A DNA stretch of 64,000 nucleotides from Amphiscolops sp. MND2022 (lineage: Eukaryota), in NCBI GenBank assembly GCA_964187785.1, contig OZ076411.1, positions 81,344,001-81,408,000 of the forward strand, in the 5' to 3' direction. Within the stretch, counting starts at the first letter, position 1, and every line of letters starts with the position of its first letter. The notes beneath the pieces were generated by a model, which did not search any database, was not told the DNA's origin, and was given only the letters and a program-made list of their open reading frames with translations. The translations under genes were made by a program, and so were the position numbers. Below, piece after piece: positions 11,873-23,488 of this stretch.

Positions 11873-12585
11873 TGTAACGTCAAGCAAGTAACGCACATAC
11901 CAGAACTGGGACAATACTTAGGTTGCCTAGACAGGAGACCATAGTCCTATAACAAGCCTAAATACCAGTTTTTCGTCCCTAAAGGTCTCCTAGGGACTTT
12001 GCCAAAACACCGTGGAGACTCCTCTTATTAGAGCTCCGTGGCGACGTGCCGGCACACTCAAAGTCCGGACACGTCCCACAAGCATGTAAAAACGTTCCTA
12101 AAGACTTCCTGCGGTCCTACATACTCCCGAGGTCCGAAAACAGGGTTCTAGCTGAAATGCATTCTATTTCAGAAAATAACGTCTAAATACTCCATTACAA
12201 GGATCTGGCAGATCCGACATCATCATAAATCTGTAAATTAATACTAATGACATCAGAATTAATCAAGATTGGCACTTCTGGCATGTTTCTATTGAATTCG
12301 CGATTCTCTTCATCTTCTTTGCTGTGGGATATCTGGATCTCAGAACGTTTTTGTATTAAAAACGCACTTTTCTGGGGAGATGACACAAATCCGAGCATTT
12401 TTCTTGTTCTTCCACATCGTGTCAGTGTCTTTTCTTCTTTTTTGGGTCGGGGTGGGGGGTCGTCTTTTTTTGTGCTTCCTTTTTGATTTCAACGACCTGC
12501 CAGGTCGGCCATTTTGATTCGCACACTTTCTGGTCCTTGATCGAATTTTTCATCGAAAATTTGGTGCTGACTGGTGGACGTTACA
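11873..12585. mobile_element. Solo LTR (713 bp), Gypsy-type 4-bp TSD
   Basis: TGTAACG...CGTTACA termini and a perfect ATTC TSD; paralogous to 3847-4561. Confidence 0.85.
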
Positions 12586-13679
12586 ATTCCAATAATCTAT
12601 GCTGTCTGGGAACCTCTATTTCAGTATCAATATCTCTAATGTTATTTTCCGGAGATGCATTTTCTCAAAGAAGAGGAGGAGCCGCAGTGTTGTTGTGGCC
12701 TATAGGTCCGTTTATGACAGTTTACCATTCTCTTTCAATTGATCTCCTTCCTTTCGCTTCCTGTCTCCTACTTGAATGCATGGAAAAGTAGTTAAGGAAA
12801 GTAATAACGTTCTTTTCCTGAATTTTAGTTTGATCAATTGATTCAACTTTTGATTGAACATTTCCAATGATTCAACAATATTTTTTTTTCGTCGAGTTGT
12901 GGCTTCTATAACCTGTGGAAAATGACATTCAACAAAGAAAGGGACAAAAATCTAACGAAATGAGGATTAATCTTACATGTAAATAATATCATGTATTGCG
13001 TTAGCCACTTGAGGCTAAAATTCATGTATATGTACGTACACCAACAACAAATCACAGTTGAATTTCCAGTGAATATAGCAGCTAGAGCCAAAACGGGTGA
13101 CGGAACGTGATTGTCACCAGAATGGTCTAAAAATATGATTTTCATTAATTGGGTAACGAGCACTCCTAGAGAGAACAACGGGTCTTTTATTACATCAAGG
13201 CTTTCTCTGATTAAGCGCTTTATTTTGTAGAGAACTCTTCGGACTTGACAATAGCATAATCTGCGTGATCATGACACCGTTACTTTTTATTAACGTCTAA
13301 ACCATCAAGTGTTTTGACAATCAATCATGAGGGCAAATCAAATCTTTTCAAATTTGGTCTTCGGTTATTTTTGTTAAAGAAAGAGTGCATTTCTTTAATG
13401 CAAAGTTTGAAATAGACTGCAAGTTCGAATACTTTTTTTGTAATCGCTCTCATAAACGTTGAAAGGTTTCAGTTCGCCAAACAACGATTTGGACAAAGTG
13501 GCTTGCATAAAGCAACCCACTAATCTATCTAGACACTGAAGCAAAGTTTTAGCGCAAAGGTTACTATTATTATCAACGTGAGCTTAGTGGTTTTTCCGCA
13601 AGTGGTTTCCGCCTCAGAGATCAGTCAGAGTTTGTTCATAATTCTTAAAATAGATGTCCTGATGAATTTTCTGCAGTTG

Positions 13680-14400
13680 TTAATTGTACAGTCACAACGT
13701 GCACGTTATGTACAGGTTATATGTTTTTGGTAGCTTCGTTTCAATTCATCCCAGAGCCATGTCAGTAGGCGATGTTTCAAGCAAGGAAAGCATCTGATGT
13801 CGACAGATGGTGGACACAGGTTTAGCATTCCAGCAGTTCGAAAGAAGAAATTCTGCTTACATCTTTCGATAGGACCCGGTTACAGACCGCGTTGAGTAGT
13901 GGTTAGATTTTGCCGAAAAAAGTTCAGTGAAGTCGGCATCAAACATATGTTCGGTGATTTGGAGAAGGTAATCAAATCTAATACTCGAAAGTAGTATGGC
14001 AAAGGGAGAACGTTGAATGATAACAGTGCTTGTCGATAATCAAGATCCTGACAGATCCAGCAAACATGTCTTTTCTGTACTGATTCGAGCTTTCTCATGC
14101 ATTCCACATTCAGATCTACACAAGGAAGATGCGTAAGTTAAAAATGGAAGGACCATACTTTAGTATAGGTTCAATTTGGTGTTGGCAGAAATGTTAGAAG
14201 AAATGCGTTTAGGCATAAATAAAACTTGGTTTGCTTTGGTTTTGCTTTTCGATATTTGGCTTCCACAACACTGCTAATAGTACGTCCATTTTTTGTGAGC
14301 CAATTTTACCTAATACTTTTTCATTGAAGCACAATTGGGGAGATGTTGTTTTTCTGAATGAGATATAGTAACACTTGTCTATGTTAATTCAGGAACGATG
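13680..14400 (-). mobile_element. Degenerate LINE (CR1/L2-like) ORF2 3' fragment
   Basis: KLNLY.SMVLP.LTYAS, LESVQKR..WIC.DLDY...L..NVLPLPYY and a terminal RCDC..NNCR-like motif, with frameshifts. Confidence 0.7.
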
Positions 14401-14709
14401 ATAAACAGTACACTAAAATATGTCATTCAAGTCATTTCGGAATGGACCAATGTCGGCAGCAAAGTTAAGGAATTTTGCATCATCTGCATTTAATTATGGT
14501 TTACTGGATATGCATACTTTTGGCAGATTAATCAAAAAGACCAAAAAAGTAACCTGGAATGGCTCCTCGATGTACCCCACTACTTGCAAGAAAACAAAGT
14601 GGGAGCGTTTTGTTCCTTTCCGCCCTACAATTTATTGTGTAGGGTAGGGCAATCATTTTTTATATTCCAAATTCTTCCAAAACTCCACTTTTTACTCTGT
14701 CTTAATATT

Positions 14710-15159
14710 GGTTTCGTATTCACAGCGTCGAAAGTAAATATTTGATCAGAAAGCGTCGAATTTAAATATTTGGTCCCACAGCGTCGAGAACTTCCGGATC
14801 AGCGAGTATTTTCAGTTTATTATCTGAAGAGGTTAGCATACTTGTTGTAAGGCTCGGTCGCTTCGCTCCGTTTGCCAAGTAGCAACAAAGAGGCATGGCC
14901 ATATGGCACGTCGCACCGCTTCGATTCGTTCCTGCATTTAGGGCACGAGGTGTATGTGATCATAGCTGCCTACATATCGTAATTTGTTCGCCGCTGTGTA
15001 GCACAAAGTCAACGAATTTCTTTCATTCTTTTCAAATTTTCCACCAATTGGAAGCGCTCAATAATTATAATAAAATTGCCTCTGACCATGTGGGCCAAAT
15101 ATTCATTTTCGACGATGTGAAATTTCGACGCTGTGAAATTTCGACGTTGTGACGTTACC
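14710..15159. mobile_element. Foldback MITE, GG...CC termini, about 8-bp TSD (Merlin-like), core type 2
   Basis: ACAGCGTCGAA arrays on the left and TTCGACGCTGTG arrays on the right; flanks TTAATATT / TTAAATTT. Confidence 0.6.
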
Positions 15160-15482
15160 TTAAATTTGATATTGCGTTCTACCGAGGAGGCAGATGTGCC
15201 AAATCCACGGTTCCCCTTCATCCCAAAACGCTATATCTGAAATTTTGACATTATATCCGAAGTTAATTGTGTCCGAGGAGGAGTTAAATGTTCGATTTCT
15301 TCTTTCAATTGAAAGCGGAAATTATCCCGGTGCATAGCGGGCGTCTTGTTGACTCTTGCTCTATGATGGGTGACACAAATCGCTTCGAAAACTTTCGTTC
15401 GATTTTCAAGGGATAAGCTGGGGTCGAAATAACGGAATCGAAATAAAATGACCGATTCCTCGCATCGAAATGTCAAAATTTG

Positions 15483-16075
15483 GGTAAGGAACCAGTTTGT
15501 AGAAAGCCAGTTTGTGAAATCCAGTTTGTAGAAAAGTGAGGTCATGTTTGTAGAATTATTTTCCTACAACTGGATTCTACCATTTGATTTTTTACAAACT
15601 GGTTAGCTAGAGTTCGTAGAATACCAGTTTGTAAAATTCTGGAATTGGAGGAAAACAATAAGACCAATAATGTAGGAATGATGCAAAGTATAAAATGTGC
15701 CTCTGATATGTCCCCATTTTCTCTAGTCCCCTGAGGCCCCGTGGGACCGTTTATTTTCCCATCTTCCTCAGCCAGGTCGAACAAGAACAAAGATCTAGCG
15801 AGAACGGAGATCGCGAACTGATCGTAGTGGGAGCTGGTCTTTGGGACGTTGAGTTCGAGTGTTCATACACCGGATATGCCCCACATTTCAATTTTTAGAT
15901 CTTAGCCGGTGGAACTCTCAGGATCTTGTGTGAAGGATGTCCAGTTTGTAGAATTTAAAGATCCAGTTTGTAGATTTTATTGATCCAGTTTGTAGAAAAA
16001 ATCTATAAACTGGACCACCTACAACCAGTTTGTAGAATTCTACAAATTGGTGCTCTACAAATTGGACCTAATTCC
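15483..16075. mobile_element. Foldback MITE with CCAGTTTGTAG arrays, core type 1
   Basis: Inverted arrays flank a conserved ~180-bp core; degenerate 8-bp flanks AAAATTTG / ATAATTCG. Confidence 0.65.
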
Positions 16076-16278
16076 ATAATTCGCGAACCCGGTCGAAACA
16101 ACTTGGATCGACATATGGCTGGCAACATGAAACCTCCCTGTTTGGAATTGATCGAGAGTATAAATTGTGCCTCGGATATGTCCCCATTTCCTCTAGTTCC
16201 CCGGCCCCCTCTCAGGGCCGCTTATGTTCCCATTTTGCTAACTGAGGGCGAGGGTGCATTCACCGTATATGACCCACC

Positions 16279-16847
16279 GGTGTGGAACCAGTTTGTAGAA
16301 AACCAGTTTGTAGAATCCAGTTTGCAAAAAAGTGAGGTCCAGTTTGTCGAATTTTTTTACCGACTGGATTCTACAAAGTGGTATTCCACAAACTGGTTAG
16401 GTCCACTTTGTAAGATACCAATTTGTAGAAGATCAGTTTGTAGAATTCTGGAATTGAAGAAAAACGATAAGACCAATAATGTAGGAACGATTCAAAGCAT
16501 AAAACGTGCCTCGGATAGGTCGCAGATTCCTCTAGTGCCTCTTGGCATCTTGGGGCCGCTTTTCTCCCATCTTGCTAAGCGAGGTCGAACAGGAGCAAAG
16601 ACTTAGCCGGAACAGAGATTGAGAAGCGATCGTAGTGGGAGCTGGTCGTTGCGACTGTGAGGGCGAGCGTGCAACCAGCGGATATGCCCCACATTTCAGT
16701 TTTTAGATCTTATTCCTTTAGTTCTTTGGCGGTGGAGCTCTCAGGATCTTGTGTGAAGGCTGTCCAGTTTGCAGAATTTAATGATCCAGTTTGTAGACTT
16801 TGATGATCAAGTTTGTAGAAAACCATTCTACAAACTGGACCACATAG
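16279..16847. mobile_element. Second copy of the CCAGTTTGTAG foldback MITE
   Basis: Collinear with 15483-16075; the right end is approximate. Confidence 0.65.
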
Positions 16848-16857
16848 GACCAGTCAC

Positions 16858-17454
16858 TCAGGAAAACCTGGACCGTCTCTTCCCCCTACTTCGCCCTCGT
16901 GAACTTGGCTTCCTTACGACACGTCTCACTCCTTGAGGCTGATACTGCGCTCCCAGGCGCTGAGCCCGTTCCTCCTCAGCCTCCTCGACCTTCAGTATAG
17001 TGGTCATCAAAGCAGCTGGCCCTGATCCCGTCAACACACAGTGCGCGGTCATTGGGGAGAACGGGACCACATCGCCGGGCTCTTGAATGCAATACACGAT
17101 GTGCTCCCGGAACTGCTGCAAATCATCCCGGAGCCTACTGGGCAGGGACCGAAGCCTAACTAATAGAGGTACATCGCGTTTTCTTCAGAAGGTTTTCACC
17201 TCGCCTGTGCGAGTGGTGAAGAACAACAGCTTCCTTCCCCTCTCCAACTGGCTGACAACGCTTCCTCCCGGGTTGGAATCTATATGCCAACCACTCCATG
17301 CCCAACCACCACTTGCAAGGAGCGAAACGTGCTCAATTGAGTGACCGTCAATATCCTGGACGACCTCCACATATTGCTTTCCTAGCGGGTCTGGATAAAG
17401 GGCCTCATATCGCCAGGGATCCTCTGGAAGACCATCAAAAGCAGCGTCTTTCAT
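16858..17454 (-). pseudogene. JmjC-domain 2OG/Fe(II) dioxygenase ORF (198 codons, one premature TGA), copy A
   Basis: SGWHIDSNPGGSVVSQLERGRKLLFF...YCIQEPGDVVPFSPMTAHCVLT gives the HxD...H triad, GxK and QxPGD motifs, as in JMJD6 (HIDP...GHK...QKPGE...HVVL). The TGA at 17185-17187 is TGC in copy B. The C-terminal tail is Arg-rich. Confidence 0.8.
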
Positions 17455-18109
17455 CCGTGTACCCTTGAAGGTTGACAGAACCTGCTTCTCACTCCGCAAG
17501 CAAACTGAAGCTCTCCCCGCTGCTCCGTTGGTTTAACGCAGCACAAGATTGGCATGTACAACATTGGGGATATTCTGTTGCCTCTAGAAACCCTTATACC
17601 ACCTTCCTTCACTCGAGTCAAAGAAAGGTTCCCTGGCTCCAGGTCCACCGTCAGGCTTAATGCAGCCTTAAGCTCATTCATCCCTAAACTAGCAAAACTT
17701 CACTGTTTCTTCATGTATATTCGTGGTTGGAATTATGATTTATAGAAATTAGCTGAAAGCGAAATTTTGAGTTCAAAAAGTTCAATGTCATAACGCGCTG
17801 AATGTTATCCTTGTTTTGTTGACCTTTCCACGCCCGATTATCTTTGCTCTCGCCCCCAAAACACGTTTTACGTTGCCTATTTGTCGTTAAAACCGAATTG
17901 CACCATTTGTTTTGTAAATGCTCAAAACATATTTGTTAGCCAATAAGCATGCAGTTGCATATCTCCAATTGCATCATCCTGTATCATTTGTGTCCATTGA
18001 CTGGTACATGAATTCTAAATATTGTGCTTCATTGTCAAAACCTCAGCCCCCACGATGACAGCAGCGAACTGTCTTGAGCTGCAAGATAATGCAAAACACA
18101 ATAATCTTT

Positions 18110-18666
18110 AGTAAATGGTCACTTGGCTTAATGCCATTTGGCTTAAAGTCATTTGGCTTAATACAATTGGTCACTTGGCTTAATTTTTTTAAGCTAAGTG
18201 TCTCGGGTATTGGTCACTTGGCTTAAAGTCATTTGACTTAAAACCACTTAGTTGAAAACACGTGGCAAATTTTGTCGAATTTATCTTTATAACGTAGTCA
18301 GCGTTTTATTATAACATGTCATATCAAGTACCCCTCGGATATGTCCCCATTTACTCTAGTGTCCTGCGGCCCCTTGGGGCCGCTTATATTCCCATCTTGC
18401 TAAGCGAGGTCGAACAGCAACAAAGACCTAGTCGGAACGAAGATCGGGAAGGGATCGTAGTGGGAGCTGGTCTTTGCGGCGGTGAGGGCGAGCGTGCATA
18501 CACCGCATATGCCCCACATTATGATATTTCCAGGAGTTGACATATTTATTCCTTGAGTTGGAATGGATTTGGCTTAATTCTGTAGTCACTTGGCTTAAAG
18601 TTTTTAAGCCAAATGACTCGACAAAAAAATTAAACCAAATGGTATTAAACCAAGTGACTGGTAACC
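18110..18666. mobile_element. Foldback MITE with GGTCACTTGGCTTAA arrays, core type 1
   Basis: Perfect 8-bp TSD TAATCTTT and mismatched-tip TIRs AGTAAATGGTCACTTGG / GGTTACCAGTCACTTGG. Confidence 0.8.
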
Positions 18667-18856
18667 TAATCTTTTAGTTTAATAAAGCTTTTAAAGCTTT
18701 CACTCAGTTTTGTTTGAGTCTCCTCAGCAGAAATCATAGACCTTTTTCCTGATAGTGGTCAGGTGGTACGCCATTCACGAACCAAGGGCGAGTCTACTTC
18801 GCAAGCTACAAGCAAAGCGCTCTCGCATCCAACAGAGGGACATCGACGCGAACATT

Positions 18857-18874
18857 TGGTCCGCCGACCCGGAT
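18857..18874 (+). promoter_or_regulatory. Primer-binding site, tRNA(Tyr)-type
   Basis: TGGTCCGCCGACCCGGAT lies 2 nt after the LTR end CA and directly before the gag ATG. It resembles the TGGTCCTTCGAGCCGGAT PBS common in Bel elements. Confidence 0.75.
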
Positions 18875-21496
18875 ATGGCTTAAGCAGAAACAAACAACTG
18901 GGAGGAAGATGTTCGCAAACTAGTGCGTGTGAGGGCAGGACACAAGGCACCTTTCACAAAGTACGAGACCAGCGTTGATGACCTCGTAGCAGATCACGCA
19001 GTTACCAGTGAGAAGCTCTGTGGAGCAGAGGCGCTGTTTTCTACGTTGCAAAACAAGTACAAAACAATCCTCTGATGGGACGCATAGATCGAGCTCAAAA
19101 TTGAAGATGATGCCAAGCTCTCACAAGAACAGGAGGTATCCTCAGGCTACGAGACCCGGTTGAACATCGCCATATCTCGACTCAGTGCCCTAATTGACAA
19201 TACCAAGTCCCAGTTGAAAGCGGAACTTACAGCTGTCAAATCAACCTCTTCAAGTCCGCCGACTACAGGACGCATGCGTCTGCCAAAGCTCCAGATGCCA
19301 CTTTCACTGGGGCATATACCGATTGGGTATCTTTCAGCGACCTCTTCCAAGCAGCAGTGGGCTCAACCAGTCTTTTGTCCGACTCTGAGAGACTAAATTA
19401 CCTGAAGGCTTGCATAAAGGGTGATGCAGCGAAAATAATCAGCTCACTTAGAATCACAGATGCCAATAACCCCACTGCGTGGCAGCTAATGGAAGAAAGA
19501 TATGACAACACACGAAGTTTATTGCATGCTCATTTACAAGCCATTTGGTATCAGTCGTCAATGAAGGTAGAATCTGGGTGTGGCTTCAGGAAACTACACG
19601 AAACCACCAATGAGCACCTGAGGGCATCAGAAGCTTTGGGTCAACCAGTGAGCCAATGGAGTGCTGCATTAGTTTTTTGCATCGTCGACAAGCTCTATGC
19701 AGAGTCACATAAGCAATGGCTGCTCAAACATCCAGGCAAAAATGTTCTTTGTTGGATGTTTTATCCATGTTCCTTGATGAAAGAAGCAGGGCATTAGACA
19801 GTGGTGCAACCAAAATGATTCCTCAAGCCAGCAAGATGAGCGATCAACGTGAGCCGCGGCATCAGTCTTACGCAGCCTCGAAGGCTGGAGTGAAATATGT
19901 GACGTTGAACATAAACTCCATGCGTGTCCACAATTCAAGAAGATGTCAGTATCCCAGAAGTACGACTTGGTGAAGAAAAAGCGTGGTTGTTTCACTTGTT
20001 TGCAGACTGGGTGCAGTGTCTGCGAATGTGGATATAAATTCAGCTGCAGGGAGTGCAAGGCCAAACACCACACTTTACTTCACCGACCAACGCCTGTGAC
20101 AACTTTGCATGACGGGTCAAACAAGACAATAGCGAGGGTGTCAACTTCTGCCAGCACAACATTCCAGTCTGCTGGTTCAGCAAGTCAGCAAGCCGATACC
20201 TCTGTCTTGACTGGGCATTGCGGGTCTGGATCTTCAAACGCCGGTGCTTTACTTCCAACGGCGATGGTACCCATCCACATTAAAGCAGGTGAAAAGGTAC
20301 ATCTACGAGCCTTGTTAGATTACGGGTCACAGGTTAGCTACATTACCGAGGCAAAAGCGAAGGCACTGATGCTTAAAGTGCAGAAAACACCGTCAACCAT
20401 CATAACTCTTGGTGCTTGTAGCTCACAAAAGACATGCGGCGTGTTACCAGCTAATGTTGCAGGTTCGACAGACGTTAAACTTCACGTGATCCCGAAGATA
20501 AATAGTTCACTGCCTAACGCAATTGTAGATATCTCCCAGATGCATCACGTAGATCGTCTGAAGCTGGCAGATCCCAATTTCAGTGTGCCTTGCAAAATTG
20601 ACATGCTTCTGGGAGCCGACATCATTGAAGATCTAATACTGGACAATCGAATCAGGGACAATGGTCTCATCTTTCGAGAGTCACTCCTGGGCTGGATTGT
20701 TTCGGGTCCAATATTGGAGACGAGTGGTGTAATCTCGACTCATAATGTGACAGTGGCAAGCGATGGGGAGTCAAACAAGTTACTAGCGAGATTCTGGGAA
20801 CTAGAGAGTGTACCAGAAACGAAGCATCGCACGATGGAAGAGCCTCATTGCGAAGAACAATTTGATGCAACAACCACAAGAGACTCAACTGGAGGGTTCA
20901 ATGTGCGGTTACCTTTCACAGTAGAAGGTCACTCGCTCGGTCCGGGCCGATTTTTTGCAATGAGACGATTCATCAATCTGAAAACAAACTGAAACGTGAC
21001 AACTTGCTGAAAATCAGGTATTCTGATTTTATTAATGAACATTGACATAGGTTCATCTAGAGAAGGTACCTGATGGAGAGTTGGACAATGCAAACCACTA
21101 CTACATGCCCCATCATTGTGTAATAAAAGATGCGAGTACAACTACGAAGCTGCGCCTGGTCTTCGATGCTAGTGCCAAGACAACAACAGGTCGTCCGCTA
21201 AATGACTGCTTGATGGTGGGTCTGAAACTGCAAGACGACCTTTTCAGCATTTTGATACGGTTTCGATTCTTCAAGTTTGCGTTGTCGACAGACGTTGCCA
21301 AAATGTACCGTCAGGTTGGTCTAGACCCCAGAGACAGGGACTTCATGCGACTCTTCTGGCGCTTCAGTGAAGACGATCCTGTACAGACTTTTCGCCTGAC
21401 GCGTGTGATTCACTGGGTAGCAAGTTCCTCTTATCACCCAATCCAACCCAGCTTGATGGTGTACCAAAGGCGGCCAAAGAAGCAATCCTACGTGAT
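18875..21496 (+). pseudogene. Bel/Pao gag-protease-RT, with stops and frameshifts, truncated just before the RT YxDD motif
   Basis: DUF1759-type gag (RLPKLQMP..F.G..TDW.SF.DLF, ERLNYLK), a Cys/His knuckle ending C..C...HHTLLH, protease LLDYGSQVSYIT, and RT YYMPHHCVIK...KLRLVFDAS, DVAKMYRQV. It ends at AKEAILRD. Confidence 0.9.
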
Positions 21497-21499
21497 GAC

Positions 21500-21900
21500 G
21501 GGGAGAACAGGACCACATCGCCGGGCTCTTGAATGCAATACACTAGGTGCTCCCTGAACTACTGCAAATCATCCTGGAGCGTACTGGGCAGGGACCGAAG
21601 CCTATCTAATGGAGGTAAAACGCGTTTTCTGCAGAGAGTTTCCACCTCGCGTGTGCGAATGGTGAAGAACAACAACTTCCTTCCCATCTCCAACTGGCTG
21701 ACAACGCTTCCTCCCGGGTTGGAATCTATAGGCGAAACACACCATCCCCAACCACCAATTGCAAGGAGCGAAACGTGCTCAATTGAGTGACCGCCAATAT
21801 CCTGGACGATCTCCACATATTGCTCTCTTAGCGGGTCTGGGTAAAGGGCCTCATATCGCCAGGGATCCTCTGGAAGACCATCAAAAGCAGCGTCTTTCAT
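21500..21900 (-). pseudogene. JmjC ORF copy B, truncated, first Fe-ligand His lost
   Basis: Collinear with copy A. It has CVSPIDS instead of SGWHIDS, a CAG>TAG stop at 21559, and is cut at the deletion junction. Confidence 0.75.
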
Positions 21901-22425
21901 CCGTGTACCCTTGAAGGTTGACAGAACCTGCTTCTCACTCCGCAAGCAAACTGAAGCTCTCCCCGCTGTTCCGTTGGTTTAACGCAGCACAGGATTGGCA
22001 TGTACAACATTGGGGATATTCTGTTGCCTCTAGAAACCCTTATACCACCTTCCTTCACCCGAGTCAAAGGAACGATCCCTGACTTCATGTCCTATCGTCA
22101 GGCTTGATGCAGCCTTAAGCTCATTCATTCTCAAAACAGCAAAATTTTACTGTTTCTTCATGTTTATTTGTGGTTGGAATTATGATTTATAAAGATTAGT
22201 TGAAAACAAATTTTTTAGTTCATAAAAGTTCACTGTCATAACGCGCTGAATGTTATCCTTATTTTGTTGACCTTTCCTTGCCCCATTATTTTTGCTCTTG
22301 CCCCCAATACATGTTTTACGTTGCCTATTGGTCGTGTAAACCGACTTGTATCGTTTGTTTTGTGAATGCACACAACATGTTTGTTAGCATGCAGTTAATA
22401 AGCATGCAGTTACATAACTCCAATT

Positions 22426-22980
22426 GGTAAATGGTCACTTGGCAAAATGCCATTTTGCTTAAAATCATTTGGTTTAATACAATTAGTCTATTGGCTTAAT
22501 TTTTTAAGCTTAGTGTCTCGGCTATTGGTCACTTGGCTTAAAGTCATTTGACTTAGAACCACTTAGTTGAAAACACGTGGCAGGTTTTGTCGAATTTATC
22601 TTTATAACGTAGTCAGCGTATTGTTATAACATGTCATATCAAGTATCTTTCGGAATGTCCCCTTTTCCGCTAGTGCCCTGCGGCCCCTTGGGGCCGCTTA
22701 TTTTCCCATCTTGCTAAGCGAGGTCGAACAGCAGCAAAGACCTAGTCGGAACGAAGATCGGGAAGGGATCGTAGTGGGAGCTGGTCTTTGCGGCGGTGAG
22801 GGAGAGCGTGAATGCACCGTATATGTCCCACATTATGATATTTCCAGGAGTTGACATATTTATTCCTTGAGTTGGAATGGATTTGGCTTAATTCTGTAGT
22901 CACTTGGCTTATAATTTTTAAGCCAAATGACTCGACGAAAAAATTAAACCAAATGGTATTAAGCCAAGTGACTGGTAACC
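22426..22980. mobile_element. Same MITE as 18110-18666 at the equivalent site; left TSD removed by an adjacent deletion
   Basis: The right flank is TAATCTTT. About 145 bp present left of the copy-A MITE is missing here. Confidence 0.8.
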
Positions 22981-23488
22981 TAATCTTTTAGTTTGATAAA
23001 TCTTTTAAAGCTTTCACTCAGTTTTGTTTGAGTCTCCTCAGCAGATATCATAGTCTTTTTTCCTGATAGTGGTCAGGTGGTCCGCTTTTCAAGAACCAAG
23101 GGCGAGTCTACTTCGCAAGCTACAAGCAAAGCATTATCGCATCCAACAGAGGGACATCGCCGCGAACATGCTTGTTCCAGTTGAGTCTACTTGGTGTTCT
23201 ACTTTGAATGATTGTAATATTTTGACACCTGTTTCCTTTTTTGCATCAATTTTGTTCCGCACTGACAATCCCATCGATCGGTCATTGCAAATTATTTTTA
23301 ATCCCCGGTTTTTAGGAGTCGGAAAAAGTTTTCGACTACTGTCGTGGGGGAAAACACTACTTGCAGGAAGTTTCTATTCGATAAGCATTCATCTATTTAT
23401 TAAGTTTATCACAACAATTAGGCTAACATAAATAACACAACGACATTATATAACAGTATTAATAACTACATATATATATATATTACAT

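Larger units (their letters stand above)
16848..23168 (+). mobile_element. Bel/Pao LTR retrotransposon, internally deleted, with duplicated blocks 17055-18854 and 21500-23168
   Basis: Both blocks end at ...CGCGAACA. The first is followed by a PBS and gag-pol. The two copies are roughly 10% diverged by eye. The left boundary is hidden by MITE insertions. Confidence 0.75.

Noticed and set aside
15483-16847. CRISPR-like look of the CCAGTTTGTAG arrays, and the 208-aa ORF 15980-16606
   Set aside because: There are no unique spacers of constant length and the context is eukaryotic; the ORF is a chance read-through of MITE repeats.
17451-17681. Upstream ORF as a possible N-terminal extension of the JmjC protein
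   Set aside because: It is in a different frame, and both copies share stops in the JmjC frame upstream of the ATG at 17454. An extension cannot be supported without more copies.
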